DNA of 63,637 bases, filler included, from Bacteriovoracaceae bacterium (GCA_018649885.1; 6 parts of 6 records of this genome joined end to end with filler, not necessarily neighbours in it), one strand, 5' to 3'. Numbered from the whole stretch's first letter, positions 1-10,359 are shown. The notes: generated by a model from the sequence alone, not told the origin. Numbers and translations are program-made.

Positions 1-216
1 CAGTGCTCATTGCCCACGGTTTTAGTCCACTGCGCGTTTATTCAACTGGCCACCTTGGTCTAAATATAATCATATAAATTTAATCGAATTTAACTCACGA
101 AAGGGATGTCTGTTTGTGGCAAGTTGAATGAACGCTAACCATACCCGAATAGAGCTACTTTGGTTTTGGAATTTAGATCTTTTAAAGATGAGGCTTCGTT
201 CTTTAAGGCAAAGATA

Positions 217-1020
217 TTAATCTTTTTTGAGATTGAAATTTTTCTCCATCCATTCGATGCCAAATTTCAGTACAGGTTTTGCTTCAAACAAATAGGATGG
301 CCCATTACCAACCTGTTTTTTTTCAATATGATTAGTAGAGATAAATTCATTCATAATGGTGATAAAATAATCATCAGGCCAATCTATAATCCCATTTGTC
401 GTATCATACTCTTCAAACTCCATCCATTGAGTTTGCCCATCAATTAACACAGGCATTTTATAATGGTCGGTTTTCTTGTTTGGAACACTTGCAAGCGCTT
501 CGGCATGATGGAGCAAGCTGACACTTGATAAAGGCGCTCCAAGTAATAATACCTTTCCTTCTAAATCACATAATTTGCTTAAAGGAGAATTTTTTCCATC
601 CCTATAATTCCAAGGATGATTCTCAGTAATGTGTTGAGAATGTTTACCAATAGCTATATAAGAAAATGGGTGACGGCTTCTACATGCTCCTACCCTTGTT
701 CGTAAATATTCAGTGAGAATTCCCATCTCTTTTCGATCAGATCTCGATTTAAACAAATCATAAGCAGGGCACTCCTTCAAATAGGCAGCTCTTTTATCAT
801 TGTCCCATCTTTCTAGGTCGTAAGGGTTGTCCTCCCAACTGGCAAACATAGTCAATGTACCATTTGAACCTATCACTTCTAAAATGGCATCAATTATAAT
901 ATCGGGGCCACCTACAACCCAACCAAGAGATTTTACAGATGAGTGAACCATACAAACATCTCCGCTTTGAAGACCCAATGACTTCAGCCCACTTATAATA
1001 TTTGATTTGGTAATAACCAT
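217..1020 (-). CDS. Aminoglycoside N(3)-acetyltransferase family protein (AAC(3))
   Basis: Motifs MVHSSVKSLGWVVGGP, MGILTEYLR, RSRHP, SPLSKL..GKVLLLGAP..SLLHHAE and EEYDT match the Antibiotic_NAT/AAC(3) family. Confidence 0.9.
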   Translation of the reverse strand: MVITKSNIISGLKSLGLQSGDVCMVHSSVKSLGWVVGGPDIIIDAILEVIGSNGTLTMFASWEDNPYDLERWDNDKRAAYLKECPAYDLFKSRSDRKEMGILTEYLRTRVGACRSRHPFSYIAIGKHSQHITENHPWNYRDGKNSPLSKLCDLEGKVLLLGAPLSSVSLLHHAEALASVPNKKTDHYKMPVLIDGQTQWMEFEEYDTTNGIIDWPDDYFITIMNEFISTNHIEKKQVGNGPSYLFEAKPVLKFGIEWMEKNFNLKKD

Positions 1021-1140
1021 ATGAATTAACCTATGTAAAAATACTTAAAGAGATGTTTATCAACTCCATGTAGGTTGTCCCAATATTTTACGCAGTTGCC
1101 TATATCAGCTTAAATCAAACCTAGTCCTTATTTTCTTAGA

Positions 1141-3099
1141 TTAGACCCTATCTTGTAGATCCTCAAGCTCTTCGTAACAGGACAATATTTCTTCTTCTTT
1201 TTTATCTCGCTCCTCACTAAGCTTTGAAAATTCTAAAGATTTTTCTGCATCCATTTTATTGAAATCGAATTTAGACATTTTTTCTTCTAGCTGTTCAAGA
1301 TATTTTTCAGCTGATTTAATTAACTGAGGAAGATTTTTTAAACGATCTTTTTCCTTATAGCTTAACTTTACCTTCGCTTTCTCTTGTTCTGGTTGAGTGA
1401 GCTGGGAACTCTCATCATCTTCATTTTCATCTAAGAGATCTTCAATAGTAAGAGCATCAATATAGGCCTCTGCTTGCTCGTATCCTCCCGAAAAAGTCTC
1501 AAGAGACTGAGAGCGAAGTAGCCAAACTTTGTTTGTAACATTACCAAGAAAGCTTCTATCGTGACTGATTAAAATAACTGATCCTTCAAAGCTTTCTAAT
1601 TTTTCTTCTAAAATTTGAAGGGTTTCTAGGTCAAGATCATTTGTGGGTTCATCAAAAATCCAAAGATCTCCACCTTTTAACAAATTTAAGGCCATTTGGA
1701 GTCTATTTTTTTCACCACCCGAAAAACTTTGAATGGGTCGATGGAGGTCATCTCTTGAAAATAGAAAACTTTCAAAATAGGCGGCAACATGTTTTTTTTG
1801 ACCGTTTGGAAGAATGATACTGTCAGTGCCATCTCCTAAAATTTCAAAGGGAGATTTTGTTAAATCTAGCTCTTCGCGGTTTTGAGTAAAGTGTTGAATC
1901 ATTAAATCATCACTTCGTTTAATCTCACCTGTACTGGGATTTAATTTACCAGAAATTAAGTTAACAAGGGTTGATTTCCCCACGCCGTTTCCACCAATTA
2001 GGCCAATTTTGTCTCCTTTGGAGATTGTGAAATCGACATTTGAAAAGAGCTCATTTTGCCCATAGGAAAATCCAACTGAATTAAATTTTACCAACTGTTT
2101 GGTTTTTCTAGTGGATTCGCTAAATTGTAATTCTAGTTTTCTTCTGGCCTCACCTTTCACCACTTGAATTTTTTTCTTTAATTGGTGGTAATCATCAAGC
2201 CTTTTTTTACTTCTGGTTCTCCTGGCCTTAATTCCTTGCTTCATCCAGGCATCTTCTCTTCTTAGAGAGTTTTTCAACTTGTCTAGGTGTTTTAGGCGCG
2301 ATTTTTCTTCTTCAGATAGAAAATTGAGAAAATCAAGATAGCTTCCACTAAAGGCGCTAATCTTGGCGCCATTTATATGAAGGATTCGATTGGTCACTTT
2401 CCCTAAGAGGTGGCGATCGTGAGTAACTAGGATAAAACTCTTATTAGTAGTGTTTAGTCTTTCTTCAAATAATTTAATTGTTTCTAAATCAAGATGGTTG
2501 GTGGGCTCATCCCAAAGAATCAAGTTGGCATTGGAAGTAAAGCCCAGGCTTAGAAGAATTTTCTTTTGCTCTCCTCCACTTAAATCTCTAACCTTTAATT
2601 CAAGGTCTCCCAATCCAAAATAGCGAAGGTAAGATTCATAGGCACTTGTAATCTCCCAACCTCCAAGATGATCATAACTATCGAGAAGTACTTTCTGCTT
2701 TTCAATATACCCATTTTGGACTTCTCCCTCACTGTTTTCAATTTTATCATTGATATCAGTTAGACTGAGGTGGATTTTTCTGAGCTCCGGATAAAACTCA
2801 AAGAGATAATCCTTCACATTAATCTCTTGATTTTTTCCTAGTGTTAATTCTTGGGGAATAAGAAAGCAAGAGTATCTCTTGTCTGCATCTCCCTTTGCCT
2901 TATCGAATTGAAAAGGGGGGGTTGAAGTATCAGGTGTCAATTCTCCTGTGAGTATTTTGAGAAGGGATGACTTTCCTTTACCATTGAGGCCAAGAAGTCC
3001 TATTCTTTCACCTTGGGTTATATTAAATTGAGCCCCATCGAAGAGACTTTTCCCTCCAAAGGACAAATAGATATTTCTTAAAGTACAAAGTAACGCCAT
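1141..3099 (-). CDS. ABC-F family ATPase, Uup-like
   Basis: Two ABC domains (GLNGKGKS/LSGGE/DEPTNHLD and GGNGVGKS/FSGGE/DEPTNDLD), GIKARRTR linker, C-terminal KLSYKE coiled coil typical of Uup, no TM segments. Confidence 0.9.
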   Translation of the reverse strand: MALLCTLRNIYLSFGGKSLFDGAQFNITQGERIGLLGLNGKGKSSLLKILTGELTPDTSTPPFQFDKAKGDADKRYSCFLIPQELTLGKNQEINVKDYLFEFYPELRKIHLSLTDINDKIENSEGEVQNGYIEKQKVLLDSYDHLGGWEITSAYESYLRYFGLGDLELKVRDLSGGEQKKILLSLGFTSNANLILWDEPTNHLDLETIKLFEERLNTTNKSFILVTHDRHLLGKVTNRILHINGAKISAFSGSYLDFLNFLSEEEKSRLKHLDKLKNSLRREDAWMKQGIKARRTRSKKRLDDYHQLKKKIQVVKGEARRKLELQFSESTRKTKQLVKFNSVGFSYGQNELFSNVDFTISKGDKIGLIGGNGVGKSTLVNLISGKLNPSTGEIKRSDDLMIQHFTQNREELDLTKSPFEILGDGTDSIILPNGQKKHVAAYFESFLFSRDDLHRPIQSFSGGEKNRLQMALNLLKGGDLWIFDEPTNDLDLETLQILEEKLESFEGSVILISHDRSFLGNVTNKVWLLRSQSLETFSGGYEQAEAYIDALTIEDLLDENEDDESSQLTQPEQEKAKVKLSYKEKDRLKNLPQLIKSAEKYLEQLEEKMSKFDFNKMDAEKSLEFSKLSEERDKKEEEILSCYEELEDLQDRV

Positions 3100-3108
3100 A
3101 TTGCTATC

Positions 3109-3924
3109 TTATTTCCCTTTTGGTTTATTAAATTGGTTTTTGACAGCACTAAATGTGCTTAAGGCCTCATCACTAAGCAGAAGTCTTGAGTTGAGCTCAG
3201 CAATCTGTTTAAGGCCTGCATTCACGGTATTTTCTCTAGCATAATTAATAGTTAGCTTACTCCCTTTTACAGCGTAAGAAGGCATTGAACAAATTGTATC
3301 TGCCAGCTTTCTAATATGAGAGTCTAATGATTTTTTGGTAAAAAAGCTTTTGTTCACTAAACCTATTTTTTCAGCATATCTGCCACTAAAGATTTTAGAG
3401 CTGTAAGTCAGCTCTTTTAGTATTCCTTCAGGAATGGTATTTGGAAGTCTTTGCAGTGTGCCCATATCGGCCACTATTCCCAGCCGTGTCTCCATTATAC
3501 TAAAGAAACTAGACTTGGTTGAAAACCTGAGGTCACAGGCAGAAATAAGATCAACCCCCGCTCCAATACAAACACCGTGAACTTGAGCAATCACAGGAAT
3601 GGGACAATTTTCTACCTCACTAAATGAATCTTGCATTTCTATAATCGTAGTGCGTAAAAATTCTTGCCTTTCATTTTCTGGTTTTTGCTGGCACTTGGAG
3701 ACAATTGAATCCAAAAATCCAATATCAATTCCAGATGTAAAATGCTTGCTCTCACTTTTGATAATACAAACTTTGAGATCAGCGTCCTTTGAAATCTGCC
3801 TAAAAGCAGTCCCAATCTCAAACCACATTTTCTCACCAATAGAGTTGGCCTTCTTGGGATTTGATAGCACAATCGTAGCCACGGCCCCACTTTTTAAATA
3901 TTTAAGGAATTCAAATTCCGACAT
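3109..3924 (-). CDS. Crotonase/enoyl-CoA hydratase family (dienoyl-CoA isomerase-like)
   Basis: HFTSGID, PVIAQVHGVCIGAGVDLISACDLRF and ETRLGIVADMGTLQRLP motifs. Confidence 0.9.
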   Translation of the reverse strand: MSEFEFLKYLKSGAVATIVLSNPKKANSIGEKMWFEIGTAFRQISKDADLKVCIIKSESKHFTSGIDIGFLDSIVSKCQQKPENERQEFLRTTIIEMQDSFSEVENCPIPVIAQVHGVCIGAGVDLISACDLRFSTKSSFFSIMETRLGIVADMGTLQRLPNTIPEGILKELTYSSKIFSGRYAEKIGLVNKSFFTKKSLDSHIRKLADTICSMPSYAVKGSKLTINYARENTVNAGLKQIAELNSRLLLSDEALSTFSAVKNQFNKPKGK

Positions 3925-3975
3925 ATATTACCTCGCCTATAGAGCTTATATCTAATTACAGAATTTGAAAAATGC

Positions 3976-6072
3976 CTATTTTTTCTTGTATTTGGGTGGA
4001 AAGAAGATGTACAGAGGATTCATGCTATTCCCCCAATACCTGGGGAATGAGTTATTCTCCTCATCATATATGATTCCATCTCTATATTTGATTTTTCCCG
4101 TGACACTAATGTGATCAAAAAAGTCCACATCACTAAGTTGTGCCTTGTAGACTGGCGCCAATTGGGTGAAAGACTCTGACGGATCAAATAGGCCTAAGGC
4201 CTCAAGTATTTGGTCCCTTCTTTTTAAAAGCTTCTTGGTATAAAACCTTGCAACTAGAAGGGGATGCCCAGCATAGATAAAAGCATTTTCAATTTGATCT
4301 ATACTCAACTGGCCAATCATTCTGGCCATCCACCTAGCGTCAGAAAAGCTCATGTGGTCAATCATTCGCAGGGTAAAAAGTGTTGAATATTTCCATTTGA
4401 TTTTACTCAGCTGGCCATCTTTAAATTTGTTTTTTTTCACTATTTTCTTAGGAAAGCGATTGGGCATGCCTCCACCTAAGCTGCCACCCATATCTGATGG
4501 TGAGTAGACGACTTTGTAGCTTCCAGGAATTGAGCTCGATTTTACCAATTTAAGTTTTTGATTGCGATCCTTTCCATCTTGATCTGAAATCCAAAATAAA
4601 AATAATGTAAACGCACGAAATTCTCTTTTTAGGAATTTCCCGTATCCCTCTCTTACAAAGAAAGAAATGTTAATATCCTCAGCTGAGTCAGATTTTTTCT
4701 CCAGTGAGACCTCTTTTATTTCATAGTATAATTTTCCACTGCTATCTCTCAAGGGGCCAATAAAGGCCGAAGCAACATTATAGCTCTTTGGAAAATTTGC
4801 ACTGATTTCTTTTATCGCCTGTTTGAATTCTTTTTTTACTTTCTCATCGCCCTTTTTATAGTGCTTATCCTTAACATAAACCCGGACCTTTTTCTGAAAG
4901 TAAGTTGGATCGGCAGAAAATCCTAAGGCCGCAGCTAAATTATTTACAACTGGCTCAGTGTGGGCCTCTGCTCCTATGAGATGCTTGATTATTCCGTCTA
5001 TAAGACTCAGAGTCCTAGAAGAAGACATTTTATCAGTGGCAAATTTAACTTTCCATTTCTGATTCAAAATCTTTGCATTAAATTTTAATGTCTTGCCACC
5101 AGTTCTTCCACCTTCATAGACAATATCCACCACTTGGTTTTTGTCTAAGATTTGAGAGGCCTTTTTTGTTGCACTCTTCTTCGTTGTTCCTTGCGCCTTA
5201 AAGCTTGCCACTAAATTTGTGAAGGCCTCTCCGCCATAGGAAGTTGTATCATAATCAGCAATAGGACTCTTTGGTTTTCTCCAAAATCCAGATGAAGGTG
5301 GATCTAATAGTGAAGTGTCAGTGCCCTCTTTTTCAAGTTGTGATACTTGCTCAGCAGAGAAAAAAACTTGTTTTGGAAAGTTTCTCTTTAAATTTGTTGG
5401 CACTAAGAGATTACAAGGCTCAGCTCTTTTTCTTGTGGTCTGGTACTTTTTCACTGTACTGTGAATCCACTCCCCAACGGGAGCTCCCGCATCGTTTAGT
5501 TTTTGATTGTATGAGTCCAGCTCTAAACTTTCAGCTAAATCTAATACTTGAAATATTTTATCCAAATAAATATGTCCCGAATCAGTTAACGAATCAAATC
5601 CAAATTTTTGGGTGATGGCCATCTCACTAAGACTCTCCAGCTCAGCTTTCAAAAATTGAAAAGGAACTACCCTCTTACTTTTATTCCATTTTTTAAATAT
5701 TTTTTCAGGGACTACGCCAACGCAATCCTGATCAGACTTTTCAGCGCAATATTTTTGTAAGTACAGACTTTCAATGCCCAAAACTCTTTGTTTTGTATTT
5801 TCAACAAAGCCGGTATCAAAAATCTCTTCTTCACTAATCATCTGTGAAGGAGTCACAGTATTAACCCCAATTTTTTGATATTTCTTTAATACTCTTTTGG
5901 ATTTAAATTGCCTTGCACTATAACAATGAGAATTTTGATCAGTTGTAATAAATCCTGGACCATTATAAATTTGATCAAAAGTTGAAAGGGTTCCAGCAAA
6001 CCCAAAGCTTGCGCTGGCAGCGACCATAAAGGCCAATAGTTGTAATCTCATCTTTTTAGTTCTCCCACACAT
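3976..6072 (-). CDS. Large secreted hypothetical protein with possible atypical kinase-like C-terminal region
   Basis: 698-aa ORF with signal peptide (MRLQLLAFMVAASASFGFA, the probable true start); WKVKF..E, WISDQDGKDRN and SDMG motifs. Confidence 0.7.
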   Translation of the reverse strand: MCGRTKKMRLQLLAFMVAASASFGFAGTLSTFDQIYNGPGFITTDQNSHCYSARQFKSKRVLKKYQKIGVNTVTPSQMISEEEIFDTGFVENTKQRVLGIESLYLQKYCAEKSDQDCVGVVPEKIFKKWNKSKRVVPFQFLKAELESLSEMAITQKFGFDSLTDSGHIYLDKIFQVLDLAESLELDSYNQKLNDAGAPVGEWIHSTVKKYQTTRKRAEPCNLLVPTNLKRNFPKQVFFSAEQVSQLEKEGTDTSLLDPPSSGFWRKPKSPIADYDTTSYGGEAFTNLVASFKAQGTTKKSATKKASQILDKNQVVDIVYEGGRTGGKTLKFNAKILNQKWKVKFATDKMSSSRTLSLIDGIIKHLIGAEAHTEPVVNNLAAALGFSADPTYFQKKVRVYVKDKHYKKGDEKVKKEFKQAIKEISANFPKSYNVASAFIGPLRDSSGKLYYEIKEVSLEKKSDSAEDINISFFVREGYGKFLKREFRAFTLFLFWISDQDGKDRNQKLKLVKSSSIPGSYKVVYSPSDMGGSLGGGMPNRFPKKIVKKNKFKDGQLSKIKWKYSTLFTLRMIDHMSFSDARWMARMIGQLSIDQIENAFIYAGHPLLVARFYTKKLLKRRDQILEALGLFDPSESFTQLAPVYKAQLSDVDFFDHISVTGKIKYRDGIIYDEENNSFPRYWGNSMNPLYIFFPPKYKKK

Positions 6073-6168
6073 GTCAAAATTACGCAGAGGGCCACACTAT
6101 GTCTAGGTGCGTTGTATTTTTTTCGAAAACCCACCACCTGATTTCTCAAGTGATGAGTTTAAGAGTAG

Positions 6169-6477
6169 TTACAAGAGCAGGATTTCATCCATGTCATCCT
6201 CTTGAAGAGTATTAGTGGCAACCTTATTGCGCTGACTTACTCCACAGCATTGGCAGCTATGGGTAATCTGATATCCCTTCTTACTGTTATAGGTGAGCCC
6301 AGTTGGCCTCATTAGCCCCTTACACAAGCTATTTCGGTCTCCGGGCTTGTTATCAACATGCAGGGAATATAGACAAAAAGGGCAATGGTTTCGGTAGCTT
6401 CCATTTGTTAAGGCAACAACCTCACACCCACAATTCTGGCATATAAATCCGGTATTTTCTTTTAATCTTCTAGACAT
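6169..6477 (-). CDS. RNHCP domain protein
   Basis: FICQNCG..GSYRNHCPFCLYSLHVD..PGDR..C.GLM; start moved to the ATG at 6477 after a GGAG RBS. Confidence 0.9.
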   Translation of the reverse strand: MSRRLKENTGFICQNCGCEVVALTNGSYRNHCPFCLYSLHVDNKPGDRNSLCKGLMRPTGLTYNSKKGYQITHSCQCCGVSQRNKVATNTLQEDDMDEILLL

Positions 6478-6820
6478 GCATAATCTCCAAATTTTTGGTG
6501 GTTCCATCAAAATTTTGAAAATTGGACGCAAATCGACCTGCACACTGGCGTACGTGTTAAAAAGATTTTTCCAAATTAACTCTTATTGGTGAGATTCAAA
6601 TACGGACGCAAAACTAGCTTTTCATGCACTAGATAAGTGGCCATAACTTGTCGTTAATTTTGATGATTTAATAAAGAATAGTGATTTGAGATTATGCTTT
6701 CACATCTATCGTTCTAGAAAAATTCAAAAAAAATGTCAAGTTGCCTATTAAATTTATACGTATTACATATAAAGGTAATATCACCTGGTAATACCAATTA
6801 CGTTAAATAATGTCGGGGGA

Positions 6821-7156
6821 ATGATGAGTGAAGATAGGATTGTCTACTCGAGTGATGGCTCTGGAAAAAACTTAGTCGATAAAAATGCAAAAAATGAAGT
6901 ATACGAGGATGTGCTCCCCGAGAGTGTGTGCTTGAAGTTAAGAATTGAAAAAAAAGGAAGAGGTGGGAAGTCAGTCACAGTAATTTACGATCTTCCTCAC
7001 AACCCACCCTACTTTAAAGAAGTATTAAAAAAATTAAAATCATTTTGCGGCTGTGGTGGAAGCCTAAAAGAAGACACCATGGAAATACAAGGAGATAAGA
7101 GAGAAAAAGTTAAACAGTGCCTAACCAAATTGGGTTTTGCGGTAAAAGGCCACTAG
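6821..7156 (+). CDS. Translation initiation factor SUI1 family (YciH-like)
   Basis: EKKGRGGKSVTVI, LKSFCGCGGSLKE and IEIQGD-like motifs. Confidence 0.9.
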   Translation: MMSEDRIVYSSDGSGKNLVDKNAKNEVYEDVLPESVCLKLRIEKKGRGGKSVTVIYDLPHNPPYFKEVLKKLKSFCGCGGSLKEDTMEIQGDKREKVKQCLTKLGFAVKGH

Positions 7157-7938
7157 TGAATCTAAAGTCTTATAAAGAACTCAAAAAAAAGCAACAATAT
7201 GAAACCAGGCTAGAGTTTTCAACCTATAGAGACTCATGTCACGGTTGCCTTCGCTCAAAAAAAGTTTGTCTTTGCAGTAACATCTCTGCATTTGCTACCA
7301 ATGCACACATCCATATTTTAATGCACCCAAAAGAGGCGAGAAAAGAGCGCGTTGGCACTGGAAGGATGTGTTCTCTTAGTCTTAAGAACTCTGAAATAAG
7401 CGTAGGTGAGAATTTTGACGATCACCCAAAAATTCAAAAGCTCCTGGCCGACAATTCCTATTACCCTCTTCTGCTATACCCGGGAGAGAACTCACATAAT
7501 ATTTATCAAAGGCCTCTTGATAAGAGCGCCACTTCTGGCAAAACACTACTTATATTTGTCATAGATGGAACCTGGAGTTGTGCAAAAAAAATGATGAAGT
7601 CTTCAAAGATCTTGCACTCTCTTCCCAGGATTAGTTTCCCTCCCAAGTTCAGATCTAAATTTGATATCAAACAGCAGCCTGAAAAATTCTGCGTATCTAC
7701 TATAGAGTCAGTATATTACTTACTCGAAGGCCTAAACCTTTGGGATCATGAAAATCTTAACGGAGAACATCTTCAACTTACAAAACTCTTGAGTCTCTTA
7801 GTGAAACAACAAATAGACTTCGCCAGTAACCCTAGTATTGGTGGATACAGGCGAAACTCCTACAAAGACCCCAGTGCCAGGACAAAGTTCTCTACAAGCA
7901 AAAGAAATATCGTCTTTGAAGCAACAAACAGTCAGTAG
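7156..7938 (+). CDS. DTW-domain tRNA-uridine aminocarboxypropyltransferase family protein
   Basis: CxxC..CLC, ILMHPKE..GTG, LLYP, IDGTW and STIES motifs; GTG start overlaps the SUI1 stop (TAGTG). Confidence 0.85.
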   Translation: MNLKSYKELKKKQQYETRLEFSTYRDSCHGCLRSKKVCLCSNISAFATNAHIHILMHPKEARKERVGTGRMCSLSLKNSEISVGENFDDHPKIQKLLADNSYYPLLLYPGENSHNIYQRPLDKSATSGKTLLIFVIDGTWSCAKKMMKSSKILHSLPRISFPPKFRSKFDIKQQPEKFCVSTIESVYYLLEGLNLWDHENLNGEHLQLTKLLSLLVKQQIDFASNPSIGGYRRNSYKDPSARTKFSTSKRNIVFEATNSQ

Positions 7939-8035
7939 ATTTTACTAGGAGTGCATCCCCTAAAAAACTAATGCCACGCAGCTTACAATGCGGCATTTTT
8001 CTTGCTAAAAAGATCCATTCAAAACTGGAGAAAAA

Positions 8036-8797
8036 ATGACCCATCTCAAAGCACTTATATTGGCCCTAATTCTTACTACGCAATTTGCCTACGGCACTGA
8101 GACAACGAAAAAATGTTTTGGCCTAAAAAGTATAAGTGAGGGAAAACTCAGTTTTTCGGGCTCCTTCTACAATAGTAGTACAGGTAAGTATCTGATCCAG
8201 AAAATTTACTCAGAAGATCCTACACTTATCAAGGCCATTGAAAATCAGCTGGGTCTTAGTATGGCAGACTTGGCCAAACAAAATTTTAGACTCTGCATTT
8301 CCGGAGCCTATGAAATAGATGGGGAGCACCTCAAAAAAATTGATTTGGTCACATTCTCAAATATTGGCGGTGTCTACTTTAAAGGTAACTTGAAGGCAGC
8401 ACTGAGGCCAAAAAAGAAAACACCTTTTGAAATCGAGCTTAAACTTTCAGTTGGCGGAGACTCACTTGATATTAGTGACCACCAAGAAAAAGATGGCTGG
8501 TTTTGGAATGATGATGAATCAGCTTATGTGTTAAAGAAAAAATTGACAATAACATCGCTCCCCTATTCTGAGGGCAATGGATATGGAGGGGTGCATATTG
8601 CGATAGATGGAACTATCTCCATGGGCTATGAATACGGCGATTATGATGGAAGTGCCTCCGGCAGTATGACCTACCCTAAAGACAAAAATGGATTTATAGC
8701 TCTTGATGCACCAATGGTATTCAAAGTTGACGGAGGTGAATACGCCTCAGGATCTTGGAACTTTGATGGAGAATTAAAAATTAGATACACAAAATAA
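8036..8797 (+). CDS. Secreted hypothetical protein
   Basis: GGAG RBS, Sec-type signal peptide, 253-aa ORF, no recognised family. Confidence 0.75.
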   Translation: MTHLKALILALILTTQFAYGTETTKKCFGLKSISEGKLSFSGSFYNSSTGKYLIQKIYSEDPTLIKAIENQLGLSMADLAKQNFRLCISGAYEIDGEHLKKIDLVTFSNIGGVYFKGNLKAALRPKKKTPFEIELKLSVGGDSLDISDHQEKDGWFWNDDESAYVLKKKLTITSLPYSEGNGYGGVHIAIDGTISMGYEYGDYDGSASGSMTYPKDKNGFIALDAPMVFKVDGGEYASGSWNFDGELKIRYTK

Positions 8798-8801
8798 AAG
8801 A

Positions 8802-8819
8802 TATACTGGGATCAGTATA
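8802..8819. repeat. Short/collapsed copy of the ERIC-like element
   Basis: TATACTGGGATCAGTATA shares the termini of the 15810-15914 element and lies between convergent genes. Confidence 0.55.
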
Positions 8820-8823
8820 TCTA

Positions 8824-9684
8824 TTATGGTTTGAACCAGCACTTCGGTCTCACACCTTCAGTATCGCCCCATGACCTAGAACAAACACCTTCATTGATAT
8901 CACTGTCACTAACATCCATATCTTTATCGGCGTCACAAACGGCGCCTGCAAAGTAAGTATCTAAACGACATTGTGGGTGTGGATGTTTGTCATCGTGCTT
9001 TTTAACAACATTTCTATCGGGTGAATTAAAATTTGGAAAATTCTTCCTACTAATAGCGGCCAATACACTGGCAAGTGCCTTCCCTGCCATAGAAGACCTC
9101 ATACAAATTGCAGCGTCATTTTTATCGGTAAATTGCTTATCGCATAGAGTTTTTACCTTTGCGTTTATTTTCATACGAGAGACAATTTTAATATTATCAT
9201 GGCCTTCCATATACATTCTAAGGCATTTCAAGGTTCCAAAGTAATCTGATTGGCCTTCACTACTGGCCCAAGAGATGGCTGATTTTTGGGGAATCCCGCC
9301 CAAGTGATGTCCTAGCTCATGACAAAGAACAAGAGCAAATGCATCTGGAGTTGCCTGATCGTGTCTGGCCAACCCGCCAAACATTGAGACTTCGTAGTAA
9401 CGGCCTCTTCGTTGAGCGTAAGCATTGACCGTTCCGTTGCTCCAAAGTCTATTAACTTTAAGCTGCCCACCAAGGTTACTAATAACCGGGCCATAAAATT
9501 TTGAGACATCATCAATAATGGTATTAAAGGTGGCTTGATCGATAGTCGAAGCCGTTTTTTGATCCGGGCCAATCCATAGATTGTTTTCTTCAGCGATTCC
9601 GGTCTCTCCAGACATGTCGCATGCTAGCAAACCTGTACAGTTAATGCTAAATCCCACTAAAAGTGTAATTAAAATCCCTTTCAT
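8824..9684 (-). CDS. Secreted zinc metalloprotease (HExxH, M48-like)
   Basis: TVNAYA, MFGGLARH, LVLCHELGHH, EGQSDY and HP.PQCRLDTY motifs; signal peptide. Confidence 0.8.
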   Translation of the reverse strand: MKGILITLLVGFSINCTGLLACDMSGETGIAEENNLWIGPDQKTASTIDQATFNTIIDDVSKFYGPVISNLGGQLKVNRLWSNGTVNAYAQRRGRYYEVSMFGGLARHDQATPDAFALVLCHELGHHLGGIPQKSAISWASSEGQSDYFGTLKCLRMYMEGHDNIKIVSRMKINAKVKTLCDKQFTDKNDAAICMRSSMAGKALASVLAAISRKNFPNFNSPDRNVVKKHDDKHPHPQCRLDTYFAGAVCDADKDMDVSDSDINEGVCSRSWGDTEGVRPKCWFKP

Positions 9685-9930
9685 ACTCAATCCTCTATCC
9701 ATTAAGGTTGTGGTCTAAATTTTTTTATAAATTGTAGATATATCTGATGCCTTCTGTCCAGAAATAGTCCGAAAGAACATGGCACTTGTAAGTTTAAGTT
9801 GGGGAGAAGACGTGGCTTCGCCCCACCGATTGATAAGTTGAGCTTATAATCACTAATGAATTTAAATAATTTTTACTAATGTTAAAGGCTTGCTAGCTTC
9901 CCCTTCGAGATTCTTTCTAAGGAGAAATGT

Positions 9931-10320
9931 ATGAGAACCTTAATTTTAACGTGTTTATTGATCACTGGGGCTTATGCTCAGGATCCAAGTTTTGAGCAGA
10001 GCATTCCCACAATTGAAGACTTAAGAATTGATAGTGTTGAAAAAGTCATTTCTGGAAAAGTGAGTGATGTGACAGGGATTCCTTTCACCACAATTAAAGT
10101 ATACGGACAATCAACTTTTAGTAATTCTTGTGTGACGCCAGACTCTTTTGCAAAGAAAGTCGAGCGTAAGCCATTTCACAATAGCTATCACGTGTTCGCT
10201 ATTACTCACAACAGAATCTGTCCCATGGTCTACAGGCCTGTCACTAAGAGATTTCTTATCGACACAATTCACACTTTTGACACTATTCCCCTGATTACTG
10301 TCAATGGTGTAGATTACTAG
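9931..10320 (+). CDS. Secreted hypothetical protein
   Basis: AAGGAG RBS, signal peptide, C..ICPMVY.P motif. Confidence 0.75.
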   Translation: MRTLILTCLLITGAYAQDPSFEQSIPTIEDLRIDSVEKVISGKVSDVTGIPFTTIKVYGQSTFSNSCVTPDSFAKKVERKPFHNSYHVFAITHNRICPMVYRPVTKRFLIDTIHTFDTIPLITVNGVDY

Positions 10321-10327
10321 ATAAAAA

Positions 10328-10359
10328 AAAGGCCCTATGATAAATACAATAGGGCCTTT
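10328..10359. terminator. Probable intrinsic terminator, possibly bidirectional
   Basis: AAAGGCCCTAT-N10-ATAGGGCCTTT hairpin with a flanking A tract. Confidence 0.6.

Noticed and set aside
1..70. GC-richer contig-start sequence (GCCCACGGTTTTAG..) reminiscent of REP or IS ends
   Set aside because: The complementary arm is absent and no transposase is in view; too short to call.
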